Assembly (NCBI GenBank): GCA_009914755.4
Contig: CP068257.2
Span: 34,688,001-34,752,000 of the forward strand
Direction: 5' to 3'
DNA from: the human T2T-CHM13v2.0 reference genome, Homo sapiens
DNA length: 64,000 bases
Within the stretch, counting starts at the first letter, position 1; each line of letters opens with the position of its first letter. The position numbers were made by a program, and so were the translations under genes. The notes under the pieces were generated by a model, which was given only the letters and a program-made list of their open reading frames with translations, did no database searches and was not told the DNA's origin. Below are positions 16,259 to 31,599 of the stretch, in pieces.

Positions 16259-16340
16259 ATCTCTATTCTCTCTCCCTCCCTTTTCCCCCTCTCTTTCCCC
16301 TATCTCCTTTCCCCACTTCTCTCTCCTTCCCCTCTCGAGG
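16259..16340. repeat. Polypyrimidine (CT-rich) low-complexity tract
   Basis: CTCTATTCTCTCTCCCTCCCTTTTCCCCCTCTCTTTCCCCTATCTCCTTTCCCCACTTCTCTCTCCTTCCCCTCTC. Second tract at 16415-16440. Confidence 0.8.
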
Positions 16341-16945
16341 TTGAGTCTTGTTCAGGCCCAGAAACCTGTAGTGGAGAAGCGGAGTGAGTTGATTTCCTGT
16401 TTCTGTCCTTTGATTCTCTTCTCCCTTCCCGCCCCCAGGCCCTTGTAGACTCTGGCTCTTCAAGATTGAGGGGAGAAAGGAAGCAGAGATAATGGTCAGT
16501 GTTTAGAGACCAGCATTGTTAGCGGGCACTCTGGGTGTAGCTGCTGTCCATGTGCTGGGTCTTTGTTTTGTGGGTAATATGGGCTGTTGGGAACCTGACT
16601 GACAGAAATCTCCCATCTGCAGCCTCTTTGCTTTTGCTTTAGGTCAGGAGTTGGCAAACTACATACAGCTCATGGGCCAAATCCAGCCCAGCACCTGTTT
16701 TTGTGTGGCCTGAAGGCTAAGAGTGATTTATACATTTGTAAATGGTTGAGAAAAAAAGAAGAATGTTTAGTGACATAAAAATTATGCGAAATACAAATTT
16801 CAGTTTCCATAAAATTTTATTGGAATATAGCCAGAAACATTATTTGCTTATAGTTTTCAAATGCATGCGTTAAGAGATAAAAATTAATGAGCTTATGTAT
16901 TTGTCAAAAGTCCTACATTTTAAGGCACAAAGGGTGAACCCTTAG

Positions 16946-17268
<323 letters not shown>

Positions 17269-17829
17269 CACATTTTAAACAGTCATTTAGGAGGTCGGAG
17301 ATCCCAGGATGAAATGCAGAGTGACAAAAAGTTTTTAAATTTTTTGCTTTTTACCCCTGTAATTCTAGTGAAATGAAATGCATATACTTTGGTTTTTGTT
17401 GTTGATTTTTTTTTTCAGAAATGCTGCTGTGGATTTAGCTGATGCACACTCTTCACCACCTCCCATACTTCAATGCTTTTTTCACTTTTTTTGGTTGAAT
17501 TACTATATGGTTTGTTATTACTCTTACAAATGAGCTAGCCAGGGTAGTATGATTGCATTTTCTTTCCTATACAAACCTTTTGTTTTCCCTGAAGTTAATT
17601 GATTTATATTTTGTTTTCTTAGTTTTTCTCTGTACTGATCATCCAGACATCCAGAGAACTGGGAGCTCTTTTCCAGATGGATTCAGACACACCCAGTGTT
17701 TTGTCATTTGGAAGTCAGTTGGGAGTCATCGGCTCAGTCGTAATTTGGGGACTTCCCTTTAACATCTGTCTGGAAATTTCCTTCCTCTTTTCATGTGTCT
17801 CCATCTCACATATCCTTCTGTCTGATATG

Positions 17830-18065
17830 TAGCTTAGTGACTGCCATTCTGAAGCCTACTCTCTCGGGTTCAAATCCTGACTCATAACCAGATGTATGTC
17901 CTTGGCCAAGTCATTTAACCTCTTTGTGCCAGAGTTTCCAATCTGAATGTTGGCAATAATAATCTTGCACACCTCAAAGTGTTGTTTTAAAAATTACATG
18001 AGCAGATAGATAAATAAAAGGGCTGTGCGTGCCGTAGGTGCACAATAATGTTTGCTGTTTTTGTT
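17830..18065 (+). mobile_element. MIR SINE (mammalian-wide interspersed repeat)
   Basis: ...GGGTTCAAATCCTGACTCATAACCAGATGTATGTCCTTGGCCAAGTCATTTAACCTCTTTGTGCCAGAGTTTCCAATCTGAATGTTGGCAATAATAATC...GTGCACAATAATGTTTGCTG aligns with the MIR core and 3' consensus (TGAGTTCAAATCCTGGCTC...TTAACCTCTCTGTGCCTCAGTTTCC...GCACATAGTAAGCGCTCAATAAATG). Confidence 0.75.
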
Positions 18066-18106
18066 ATTGTTAGTGGTGGAGAATATCCACCACTAACAAT
18101 AACACC
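18064..18106. repeat. Perfect 17-bp inverted repeat (hairpin) with 9-nt loop
   Basis: GTTATTGTTAGTGGTGG-agaatatcc-CCACCACTAACAATAAC. Confidence 0.8.
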
Positions 18107-18275
18107 ACTTCCAGAAACAGGTGTAGCTTCCTGAAAAAAGGGTTCATGGGAAGAAAAAAATTTCATCATTTCTTGAAAATACATTCATGCTACCCTTGCT
18201 CTTTCTTTAATTATAATTTGGCTGGATTTGCATTCTGGATTGGAAATTCTTTCCGAATTTTAAAGACGTGCTTGA

Positions 18276-18770
<495 letters not shown>

Positions 18771-18866
18771 TTTAATTGTTACAAGCAATGTCTTAGCTTT
18801 TGAATGTCTTTTTGAATTCTCCCTGGACAAAATGTTCATTCTTATTGCTAGATACATTAACTGTAG

Positions 18867-19164
<298 letters not shown>

Positions 19165-19182
19165 TAACCGTAGTATTTTTGA

Positions 19183-19597
<415 letters not shown>

Positions 19598-20049
19598 CCT
19601 TCTCACATTTTTAAGTGAGACACTTAAAGCTGACTGCAAAATTTTCATACATGAATAGAGCTAGTCCTTTGGTGGGCTTCACTGTTGGGTGATCACATAG
19701 GAAGGAGTCATTTTGTTGGGGGTGCTCTATGTTGGTATTTGTAGACCATAAAAAATGGGAACTGTTGGACCATAAGTATATTTTTAAAAACTGAAAATTT
19801 TAAAAAGTAATTTTAAAAAACGAGAACAACAAAAACAAGATGCTATCCAGAAAAGCCAGGCGGAATTGCTAAGAACCAAATAGAACTTTGAGAAATCAGC
19901 TTCCCAAGGAGGAATTCTACGTCTGGTCTCCTGCCATGGCATAATTCTGGCTGCTAGCTCTTGGAAATTGGCATGAAAGGAAGAAAGGCGTATCACATTG
20001 TTCAGTTTGCTGACTTGCTGTTTGTTTGATTATTTGTTTATTATTGTAA

Positions 20050-20248
20050 TAAAACACATGTAGCAAACAATTTATGCTAACCATTTTAAAGTTTCAATTC
20101 AGTAGTGCTAAGTACATTCACATGGTTGTGTAATAACCAGTCTCCAGAACTCTTCTTGTTGGGAAACTAAAACCCTGTTCCCGTTAAATAGTAACTTCTC
20201 CAGCACCTGACAAACACTATTCTACTTTCTGTCTAGGAATTTGACTAC
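20050..20248 (+). mobile_element. Ancient L1 (L1M-type) 3'-end fragment, continued at 21150-21400
   Basis: ...CAATTCAGTAGTGCTAAGTACATTCACATGGTTGTGTAATAACCAGTCTCCAGAACTCTTC...ACTATTCTACTTTCTGTCTAGGAATTTGACTAC resembles the conserved L1M 3'-terminal region. The downstream piece TTCACGGTTCATCCATGTTGTAGTGTGCGTTAGGATTTCCTTG...GTGAATATTTTATTGTATG continues the same consensus after the Tigger/Alu insertions. Confidence 0.5.
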
Positions 20249-20505
20249 GGTAGTCCCCCCTTATCTGCAGTTTTGCTTTCTTCGGTTTTAATTACCCAAA
20301 GTCAACCATGGTCTGAAAGTATTAAATGGAAAATTGTAGAAATAGTTCATAAATTCTAAACTGTGCCCCCATCTGAGTAGCACCTGGAATGTGAATCATC
20401 CCTTTGTCCAGTGTATCCACACTGTGGATATATGATGCCAACCTATTAGTCACTTAGTAGCTGTGGTTATCAGATTTGCTGTTGTTGTATCATTCTATTT
20501 TATTA
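20249..20505 (+). mobile_element. Tigger (pogo-like DNA transposon) 5'-terminal fragment
   Basis: GGTAGTCCCCCCTTATCTGCAGTTTTGCTTTCTTCGGTTTTAATTACCCAAAGTCAACCATGGTCTGAAAGTATTAAATGGAAAATTGTAGAAATAG...GTGAATCATCCCTTTGTCCAGTGTATCCACACTGTGGATAT...TAGTCACTTAGTAGCTGTGGTTATCAGAT matches the Tigger1/2 terminal region as I recall it. It is truncated by the Alu at 20522. Confidence 0.5.
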
Positions 20506-20521
20506 TTAAATTATTGTTAAT

Positions 20522-20808
<287 letters not shown>

Positions 20809-20825
20809 AGAATAAATTATTGTTA

Positions 20826-21146
<321 letters not shown>

Positions 21147-21329
21147 TTATTTATAAGTTGAACTTTATCATACATATGTATACTGCAGTTTTAGGAATCC
21201 ACTGAGGGTCTTGAGATGCATTCTCTGAGAATAAGGGGAGACTGCTGTACTCCTATCAGTGGAATTATACAATATTTGACTTGTGACTGCCTTATTCATT
21301 AATGTCTTCACGGTTCATCCATGTTGTAG

Positions 21330-21706
<377 letters not shown>

Positions 21707-21743
21707 CAAATTTAAATTTAAAGATATTAATTGGCTTTATTTC

Positions 21744-22040
21744 TTTTTTTTTTTTTTTTTTTTTTTTTTTTGAGACAGACACTCCCAGGCTGGAGTGTAG
21801 TGGTGAGATCTCTCAGCTCACTGCAACCTCTTCCTCCCATGTTCAAGCAATTCTCCTGCCACAGCCTCCTGAGTAGCTGGGATTACAGGCGCTCACCACC
21901 ACACCTGGCTAATTTTTTTGGCTTTTGGTAGAGACGGGGTTTTGCCATGTTGGCCAGGCTCGTCTCCTAACCTCAAGTGTTCTGCCCGCCTCAGCCTCCC
22001 AAAGTGCTGGGATTACAGGAGTGAACCACCGTGCTTGGCC
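21744..22040 (-). mobile_element. Alu SINE
   Basis: T28 GAGACAGACACTCCCAGGCTGGAGTGTAGTGGTGAGATCTCTCAGCTCACTGCAACC...GGGATTACAGGAGTGAACCACCGTGCTTGGCC. Confidence 0.9.
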
Positions 22041-22445
22041 TTTATTTCCTATTCTGGAATTGGGCAACACTTCTTCCATAAAATACAGTAAGTGTTCTAG
22101 TGAACTGAACAGAGGAGGCTGGCTTTGTAGACAGAAAAAGGCCGAAAGAAAGCAGAAACAAAGAACAAAAAGCAGATACGTCATTTCAAAGTTAAAAACA
22201 ATAGATAAATAACTGACTGACATCAGGTTACTTTTTGTTGTAAAACAACAAAATGGAGGGAACTTATTATCTGTCATACCAGTTGATGACTGAAACTGAC
22301 CTGTTCGGTAAATTGGCTGTTATCTCCCTTGATTTCGCTGAAGGTCAGATAACAACTTAGTTTCAGTTTGGTGACTGAAATTTTAGCATGGGTGACTCCA
22401 TTTTGATTTTTAGTCTGTTTTTGGAGGCCTAGAGCAGGAGCTTAG

Positions 22446-22799
<354 letters not shown>

Positions 22800-22931
22800 T
22801 GATATGATCAAAAATGTATATTTGTTCTTTGTCCTGGTTCTTGGCACTGGAGTTCCTGAAATCTTTGGTATTTCCTGATAACTATGAGTGGAACATCTTT
22901 TGTTATTTATAATAATAAGCCCCCCCCCGCC

Positions 22932-23229
22932 TTTTTTTTTTTTTTTTTTAACCACACCTTAGTTCATGCTCCCTCTGTCGCCCAGGCTGGAGTGCAGTGG
23001 CGCCATCGCAGTCTCCACCTACTGGGTTCAAGTGATTCTCCCGCTTCAGCCTCCCCAGTAGCTGGGACACAGGCGCGCACCACCACGCCTGGATATTTTT
23101 TGTATTTTTAGTAGAGACAAGGTTTCGCCATGTTGGCCAGGCTGGTCTTGAACTCCTAACCTCAGTTGACCTACTCACCTCGGCTTCCCAAAGTGGTGGG
23201 ATTACAGGCATGAGCCACCGCGCCTGGCC
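22932..23229 (-). mobile_element. Alu SINE
   Basis: Poly-T ...CCCTCTGTCGCCCAGGCTGGAGTGCAGTGGCGCCATCGCAGTCTCCACCTACTGGGTTCAAGTGATTCTCCCGCTTCAGCC...GGGATTACAGGCATGAGCCACCGCGCCTGGCC. Confidence 0.9.
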
Positions 23230-23364
23230 AATTTTTTGTATTTTTAATAGAGACAGGGTTTCACCATGTCAACGAGGCTGGTCTTGTACTCCTGACCTCT
23301 GGTGATCCACTTGCCTCAGCCTCCCAAAGTGCTGGGATTACAGGTGTGAGCCACTGGGCCCAGT
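23230..23364 (-). mobile_element. Alu monomer (left-monomer half)
   Basis: AATTTTTTGTATTTTTAATAGAGACAGGGTTTCACCATGTCAACGAGGCTGGTCTTGTACTCCTGACCTCTGGTGATCCACTTGCCTCAGCCTCCCAAAGTGCTGGGATTACAGGTGTGAGCCACTGGGCCCAG. Confidence 0.8.
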
Positions 23365-23401
23365 CTGTAATATCCTTTACATTGTATCTTTTAGCTTCCC
23401 T

Positions 23402-23460
23402 GGGCCACATTGGAAGAATTGTCTTGGGCCACATTGGAAGAAGAATTGTCTTGGGCCACA
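23402..23460. repeat. Tandem duplication (about 27-bp unit x2.2)
   Basis: GGGCCACATTGGAAGAATTGTCTT GGGCCACATTGGAAGAAGAATTGTCTT GGGCCACA. Confidence 0.8.
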
Positions 23461-23602
23461 CACACATAAAATATACTAACGATAGCTGATGAGGTAAAAA
23501 AAAAAAAAAAGAAAAAGAAATTGTAACGATAGCTGATGAACTACAACAACAACAAAAAAAATCACGAAAGAAACTTCATAACGTTTTAAGAAAGTTTACA
23601 GG

Positions 23603-23991
<389 letters not shown>

Positions 23992-24442
23992 TTACAATGA
24001 ATCAGTGTTTTTTTTGGGTTTTGTGAGCATTATAGCACATTATCAAACATGAGGGGAATCATGTGAATGCCCAATTTATGGTTGGTCTGTCAGAAGTACA
24101 GGAGACTAAGGGTTTATAGTAGTTGACTAATTTCTCCTTGTTTGGTAGTATAAACCAAAAATAAAATTCTAAGGCTCTTCCAACCATTTTAATGGACTTC
24201 CTTCTCAGCCAGGGCACTCTTAACATTTAATCTGAAAGACTAGTTCAGGCCATGACAGGAAGTTGGGGTCAGACCTGCTTCATTATACTGCTCTGGCGTA
24301 ACATCACATAACAAGGAAAGAAATAAAAATAATTCTAAATAGATTTCCTTGTCATATCTTGAAATTGCCTTGCAAAGTTTGTCTCTTGTGGAAAAAAATG
24401 TACATTGTGTAGAGAATCCTCTTTTCCCTTTTTTCTTTTCTT

Positions 24443-24772
<330 letters not shown>

Positions 24773-24789
24773 TCCCTTTTTTTTTTCTT

Positions 24790-25258
24790 TCCAGATCCAG
24801 GAGATAATCAATTAAGAGTCAGGCACCCTTTTCAGTCTCATAAGAAAACATTTTACAGCCTCTTCTGTCTTATGCCTGCTAGCTAAGAGCTTCCTCTGCG
24901 TAGTAAAACTTTGGTCTCCACAATCCTTGTCTTAACCCAAACATTTCCTCTCTGTTGATCCCAGGTCCTTAGACAAACTCAACCAATCTTAACCAGAAAA
25001 TGTATAAATTTACCTATAGCCTGGAAGTCCCCGCTTTGACTTGTCTCGCCTTTCTGAAACAAACCAATGTACATCTTAAATGTATTTCATTGATACCTCA
25101 TACCACCCTAAAATATATAAAACCAGGCTGCTCCCCGACCACCTCAGGCACATGTTCTCAGGACCACCTGAGGGCTGTGTCATGGGCCATGGTCACTCAT
25201 ATTTGGCTCAGAATAAACATCTTCAAATATTTTACAAACTTTGACTCTTTTTAGTCGA
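24790..25258 (+). mobile_element. Solo LTR (ERV-type, family unassigned) with TATA box and AATAAA
   Basis: U3-like region with TATA (AAAATATATAAAACC at about 25110-25124). The R region ...TATTTGGCTCAGAATAAACATCTTC carries the AATAAA polyadenylation signal at about 25211-25216. The element ends in ...GTCGACA (CA terminus) at 25258. Its 3' half is homologous to the inverted fragment at 563-780. Confidence 0.5.
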
Positions 25259-25906
25259 CAGTAGCCAGAGGTTTTACACCCCAAGGCCATGTCCCATGGT
25301 TAAGATGTAGAGTGGGGGAGGAGTGTATCATTCTTTTATCAGTGGTAGAATGATATTTGTACAGGGGAGAAGGTGGGACAGGAAAGTTTTCCTGATGGCT
25401 CACTTTTGAGAAAAGACTTCTTGTGCAAGATGAAGAGCTGGAAATTTAGTTTCATTAAGAACTGTTTGTGATGTGTGCTTTAGAAAGTCTTGAGTTACCT
25501 ATACTCCATATTTCACGGATGTATGCTGTATTATGTGATGTCTGCCAGAGCAAGTCTAAATTGCATATATACCAGTTTGAACAGTCTTCTTCAGGATACT
25601 GTTTCTCACTTGTGTGCTTCAACTTAATGGTAAATGAAGGTTTTGGAATTGTCCAGAAGCAAGTGTGGACAGAGGAGAAGTAGACCTTTCTGACACCTTG
25701 TGGCAGCACGTGAGCACTACAGATGTGGTTGGCTTGATCTACAGTCTAATCATATTTTTAGGGCTCTTCACACTGCAAAGTGCTTTCCACCTTTTTTCCC
25801 CTTATTAGGAGAGAATCTGTTCAGAATGAACAAAAAAATTGCATGAAAATTCTCTGCATACTGAAATTTTTAAGGCTCTGCCTTTTAAAACTACTTGTGT
25901 GTTTTT

Positions 25907-26220
25907 GGCCAGGCACGGTGGCTCATGCCTGTAATCCCAGCACTTTGGGAGGCTGAGGTAGGCAGATCACGAGGTCAGGAGATTGAGACCATCCTGCCTA
26001 ACACGGTGAAACCCCGTCTCTACTAAAAATACAAAAAATTAGCTGGGCATGGTGGTGGGCACCTGTAGTCCCAGCTACTCGGGAGGCTGAGGCAGGAGAA
26101 TGGTGTAAGTAAACCCGGCGGGCGGAGCTTGCAGTGAGCTGAGATGGCGCCACTGCACTCCAGCCTGGGCAGCAGAGCGAGACTCCATCTCAAAAAAACA
26201 AAAAACAAACAAACAAAAAA
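25907..26220 (+). mobile_element. Alu SINE (AluY) with 18-bp TSD AACTACTTGTGTGTTTTT
   Basis: GGCCAGGCACGGTGGCTCATGCCTGTAATCCCAGCACTTTGGGAGGCTGAGGTAGGCAGATCACGAGGTCAGGAGATTGAGACCATCCTGCCTAACACGGTGAAACCCCGTCTC... The A-tail carries (CAAA)n. A perfect direct repeat lies at 25888-25905 and 26219-26236. Confidence 0.93.
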
Positions 26221-26390
26221 ACTACTTGTGTGTTTTTATACATTTGGTACGTACCACTACTCAGGAACTTAAGAGAGTTCCCAATAGCATGAGGTTGACT
26301 GGCATATTCTTCCATAATGAATTGTGAGTAAAATCAGGCATAAAAGCCTTGGGAATTAAGATGCAATGCAAATTTGTTGCATTGCGTTCA

Positions 26391-27042
<652 letters not shown>

Positions 27043-27358
27043 GACAGGCTTCAGAACCGGAACAGGTTCTAAGCACTCTGGCCTGCAACGTGATCAGGCA
27101 ATATTTATGGACAAAACAAAAGTGAGATACAGAAATAGTTTAATTGGTTGCAGCTTGGCATTTTGCCTTATTTAAATCAGCTGGTGACCTGTGATTGACC
27201 GAAGATGGGATTCTGTAGTTGACTGAGACTCAGCTGTTTGTTACTGGAGTACAAATTGCCCTAAGTTAGAAGAATTTGTACAGTTAGTTTTCATACTATT
27301 AGGTTGTAGTTCCTTATGTACTGACTCGAGTATGGAGGCATCCTCAGGCCAAGTTTAG

Positions 27359-27680
<322 letters not shown>

Positions 27681-28240
27681 CAACAATTGGAACTCTTATT
27701 TGAATTCTTTGAAGAGTTTGTAGATGTATACTACTCCACTGCTGCAAGTTCAGCTATAATGAACTTGGAGTAAATAATGAAGTCACAGTGCCAGAAAAAC
27801 TTAGTGATCAAGCACAGTTAAGTTTATTAGGCCTGATACACGTAGGAGAAAGTGCCTCCTTGACAAAGTCTTAGTTGTGTCTCAGAATAGAGAAATTAGG
27901 AAATGGTGTTTATAGGATTTTAGGGCCTTGGCTGGATCATTTTAAGGTAGGTCTTGGCAAGGTATGTCCCTATTTGGGATTGGACAGTTATGACATTGTA
28001 GACATAAAGAGGGCAAGGGTTTTGAACCAAGTCTTGGTGAGTAAGCTGTTTAGTTGGTTCCCAGTGTTATCTTCCAAGAATCGTATATTCTAGATTGTAT
28101 CTTCCAGATGTATCCTGGAGCAAGCAGCTAAGTCACTTTTGTTTGGTCTCAATGTTGTTTAACACAGGGATAAAAATACTGGTTTTTATTTTCAAAAGTA
28201 AGACCTGAATTAATTTACATGGACCTTTTGTTTGTTTCAG

Positions 28241-28313
28241 CTTTGCCCGAAGTTTTTACATACAAATTCTACTAGTCACACCTGGCCATTCAGTGCAGTT
28301 GCTGAATTAATAG
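28241..28313 (+). CDS. MORC3: MORC3 exon 2 (…[24 protein letters not shown]-)
   Basis: Acceptor TTTGTTTCAG|CTTTGCC, donor AATAG|GTATGT. In frame with exon 1. Ends in phase 1. Confidence 0.9.
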
Positions 28314-28364
28314 GTATGTAGTTTGACATTTCATATACCATTTGTTGCTTACAATTGTAGTGTT

Positions 28365-28680
28365 TTTTTTTTTGTTTTGTTTTGTTTTTTTTTTTTAAAC
28401 AGAGTCTCTCTCTGTCGCCCAGGCTGGAGTGCAGTGGCGCAGTCTCGGCTCACTGCAAGCTCTGCCTCCTGGGTACACGCTATTCTCCTGCCTCAGCCTC
28501 CTGAGTAGCTGGGACTACAGGCACCTGCCACCACGACCAGCTAATTTTTTTGTATTTTTTTTTAGTAGAGACGGGGTTTCACTGTGTTAGCCAGGATGGT
28601 CTCGATCTCCTGACCTCGTGATCCGCCCGCCTCAGCCTCCCAAAGTGCTGGGATTACAGGTGTGAGCCACCGCACCCGGC
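28365..28680 (-). mobile_element. Alu SINE (AluY-like), 50 bp downstream of the exon-2 donor
   Basis: Poly-T/(TTTTG)n AAACAGAGTCTCTCTCTGTCGCCCAGGCTGGAGTGCAGTGGCGCAGTCTCGGCTCACTGCAAGCTC...GGATGGTCTCGATCTCCTGACCTCGTGATCCGCCCGCC...GAGCCACCGCACCCGGCC. Confidence 0.9.
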
Positions 28681-28699
28681 CTACAAAAATATTTTAAAA

Positions 28700-28853
28700 A
28701 TCAGCTGGGTATGGTGGTGCAGGCCTGTGGTCCCGGCTACTCAGGAGGCTGAGGTGGGAGGATCACGTGAGACCGGGAAGTTGAGGCTGCAATGAGCCGT
28801 GATTGTGCCATTGCATTCCAGCCTGGGCAGGCGACAAAGCAAGAAAAAAAACA
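28700..28853 (+). mobile_element. Alu partial (right monomer)
   Basis: TCAGCTGGGTATGGTGGTGCAGGCCTGTGGTCCCGGCTACTCAGGAGGCTGAGGTGGGAGGATCACGTGAGACCGGGAAGTTGAGGCTGCAATGAGCCGTGATTGTGCCATTGCATTCCAGCCTGGGC. Confidence 0.8.
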
Positions 28854-29075
28854 GATACCTTGAATGATAACATTAATGATAAAAATTGCATAGCATAACA
28901 GCTATTCACATGGATGTCAGATTAGTCACTGTTCAGCTTTCTCTTTAATACTACCCAAGTATTTCATAGTGTTTAGGATTTACTTTGCTAAGTTCCTGAA
29001 GTGTTTATATTGAAAATATTTTTATTTTTATTATAAAAGTAAACAGTGAGAATTATGGGGAATTTGTTTGCTTAT

Positions 29076-29195
29076 TTTGAGATGAGGTCTCACCATGTTG
29101 TCCAGGCTGGTCTCAAACTCCTGGGCTCAGGCGATCCTCCCACCTCAGCCTCAGGAGTATCTGGGATTACAAGTGTGCACCACAGTGACTGGCAG
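29076..29195 (-). mobile_element. Alu monomer fragment
   Basis: TTTGAGATGAGGTCTCACCATGTTGTCCAGGCTGGTCTCAAACTCCTGGGCTCAGGCGATCCTCCCACCTCAGCCTCAGGAGTATCTGGGATTACAAGTGTGCACCACAG. Confidence 0.75.
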
Positions 29196-29440
29196 AATTA
29201 TGTTTATTAGTAGTACAAAAGTATGTGTAACATACAGCATGGATTCATTTTTCTGGTATCAATAGGAGGATTGGTATTGTGTTAGATATGTAATAAGTTC
29301 TTGCTTCTTTCAATAAATGGGAAGTTTAAGGTTTAGGATTGTATTTTAACAGCATTTCAATGAACGTGAGAAAGCGGCAAGGTTGCGGTCTGATTTGCAT
29401 TTATGGGTCATGATTTTTTTCTTGGGAAAAATTCATGCAT

Positions 29441-29748
29441 AGGCTGGGCACACAGTTGTTCACACCTGTAATCCCAACACTTTGGGAGGCTGAGGCAGGA
29501 GGATCACATGAGCCCAGGAGTTGGGGCCCACCCTGAGAAACATAGTGGGACCCCATCTCTACAAAAAATACAAAAATTCGCCAGGGTGGTGGTGCACACC
29601 TGTAGTCCTAGTGACTCGGGAGTCTGAGGTGGGAGGATCACTCGAGCCAGGGAAGTCAAGGCTGCAGCAGAGTGAGTCTTCCTCCAGCCTGGGCTACAGT
29701 GAGACCCTGTCTCCAGAAAAAAGGAAAAGAAAAAGAAAAGAAAAATTC
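29441..29748 (+). mobile_element. Alu SINE with TSD about AAAAATTCATGCA
   Basis: AGGCTGGGCACACAGTTGTTCACACCTGTAATCCCAACACTTTGGGAGGCTGAGGCAGGAGGATCACATGAGCCCAGGAGTTGGGGCC... The tail carries (GAAAA)n. The motif GAAAAATTCATGCA flanks both sides. Confidence 0.88.
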
Positions 29749-29838
29749 ATGCACACAAACATAAGCCTAATTGAAAAATTTAGGCATATGTTTAAGAAAC
29801 AGATAATAAAGGGAAATTGTATTCTTAGGAATTCTTAG

Positions 29839-30207
<369 letters not shown>

Positions 30208-30502
30208 CTATTTTTCATTTTTAAACGTATTTCTTCCTACACCTATTCTGAGAGAAATGAGTATGCTAAACAAGGATGTTAAATGGAGAAGTATACAGAA
30301 ATAAAAATGTAAAAGCCACCAGAAACTTGGTTTAACTTGGTTAAACTGAAAAGGATCACAATTTAAAGAAATAGTAGAAAGTAAATCTTCCATCCTTGTA
30401 TGTAACTTAGCAGAAAATGTTGCTGCCTTTTCATTTATTTATTGATTATTGTGTACCTTCCATTGACACTCAGATCTCTTTCCCCTACAATAGCCAGGTT
30501 AG

Positions 30503-31133
<631 letters not shown>

Positions 31134-31466
31134 GACTTAGTCCATCTTTTAATCATCTCTGCAGTGTAGTGATTTTTCTTCCTTTGTACTTCTTTGGTGT
31201 GCTGGGTACCAGTCTTTGCTGTCTCTTTAACATGGAGGGTGTTAATTCTATAATAGTCAATTAATATATACCAGGATGCAGTTTATTTTCATGTTTTTAA
31301 ATCTTATTTTCATGTTTAAAATCTTTAAATTTTAAAGCTGCTAAAAATTGCAGCTTTTAAAGTTGTCTTAAAACATAGTCTTCTATTGCTTCTTACAGGA
31401 TTGTTCTGAACTAATTGCTCTTTTTAAAGTGTAAAATCAGAATTTCTTCAAACTTGTGTTTCCCAG

Positions 31467-31599
31467 ATAATGCTTATGATCCTGATGTGAACGCTAAACA
31501 AATATGGATTGACAAAACAGTGATAAATGACCATATATGCTTGACATTCACCGACAATGGGAATGGTATGACTTCTGATAAATTACATAAAATGCTAAG
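31467..31599 (+). CDS. MORC3: MORC3 exon 3 ([45 protein letters not shown]). Carries GHKL ATPase motif I (ELIDNA) and motif II/G1 (DNGNGM)
   Basis: Acceptor TGTGTTTCCCAG|ATAATGC, donor CTAAG|GTAGGT. Phase 1 in, phase 2 out. Confidence 0.92.

Noticed and set aside
23479-23545. Duplicated AACGATAGCTGATGA segments containing snoRNA box C-like TGATGA
   Set aside because: No matching box D/terminal stem or antisense element is evident. It looks like a simple local duplication around an A-rich tract
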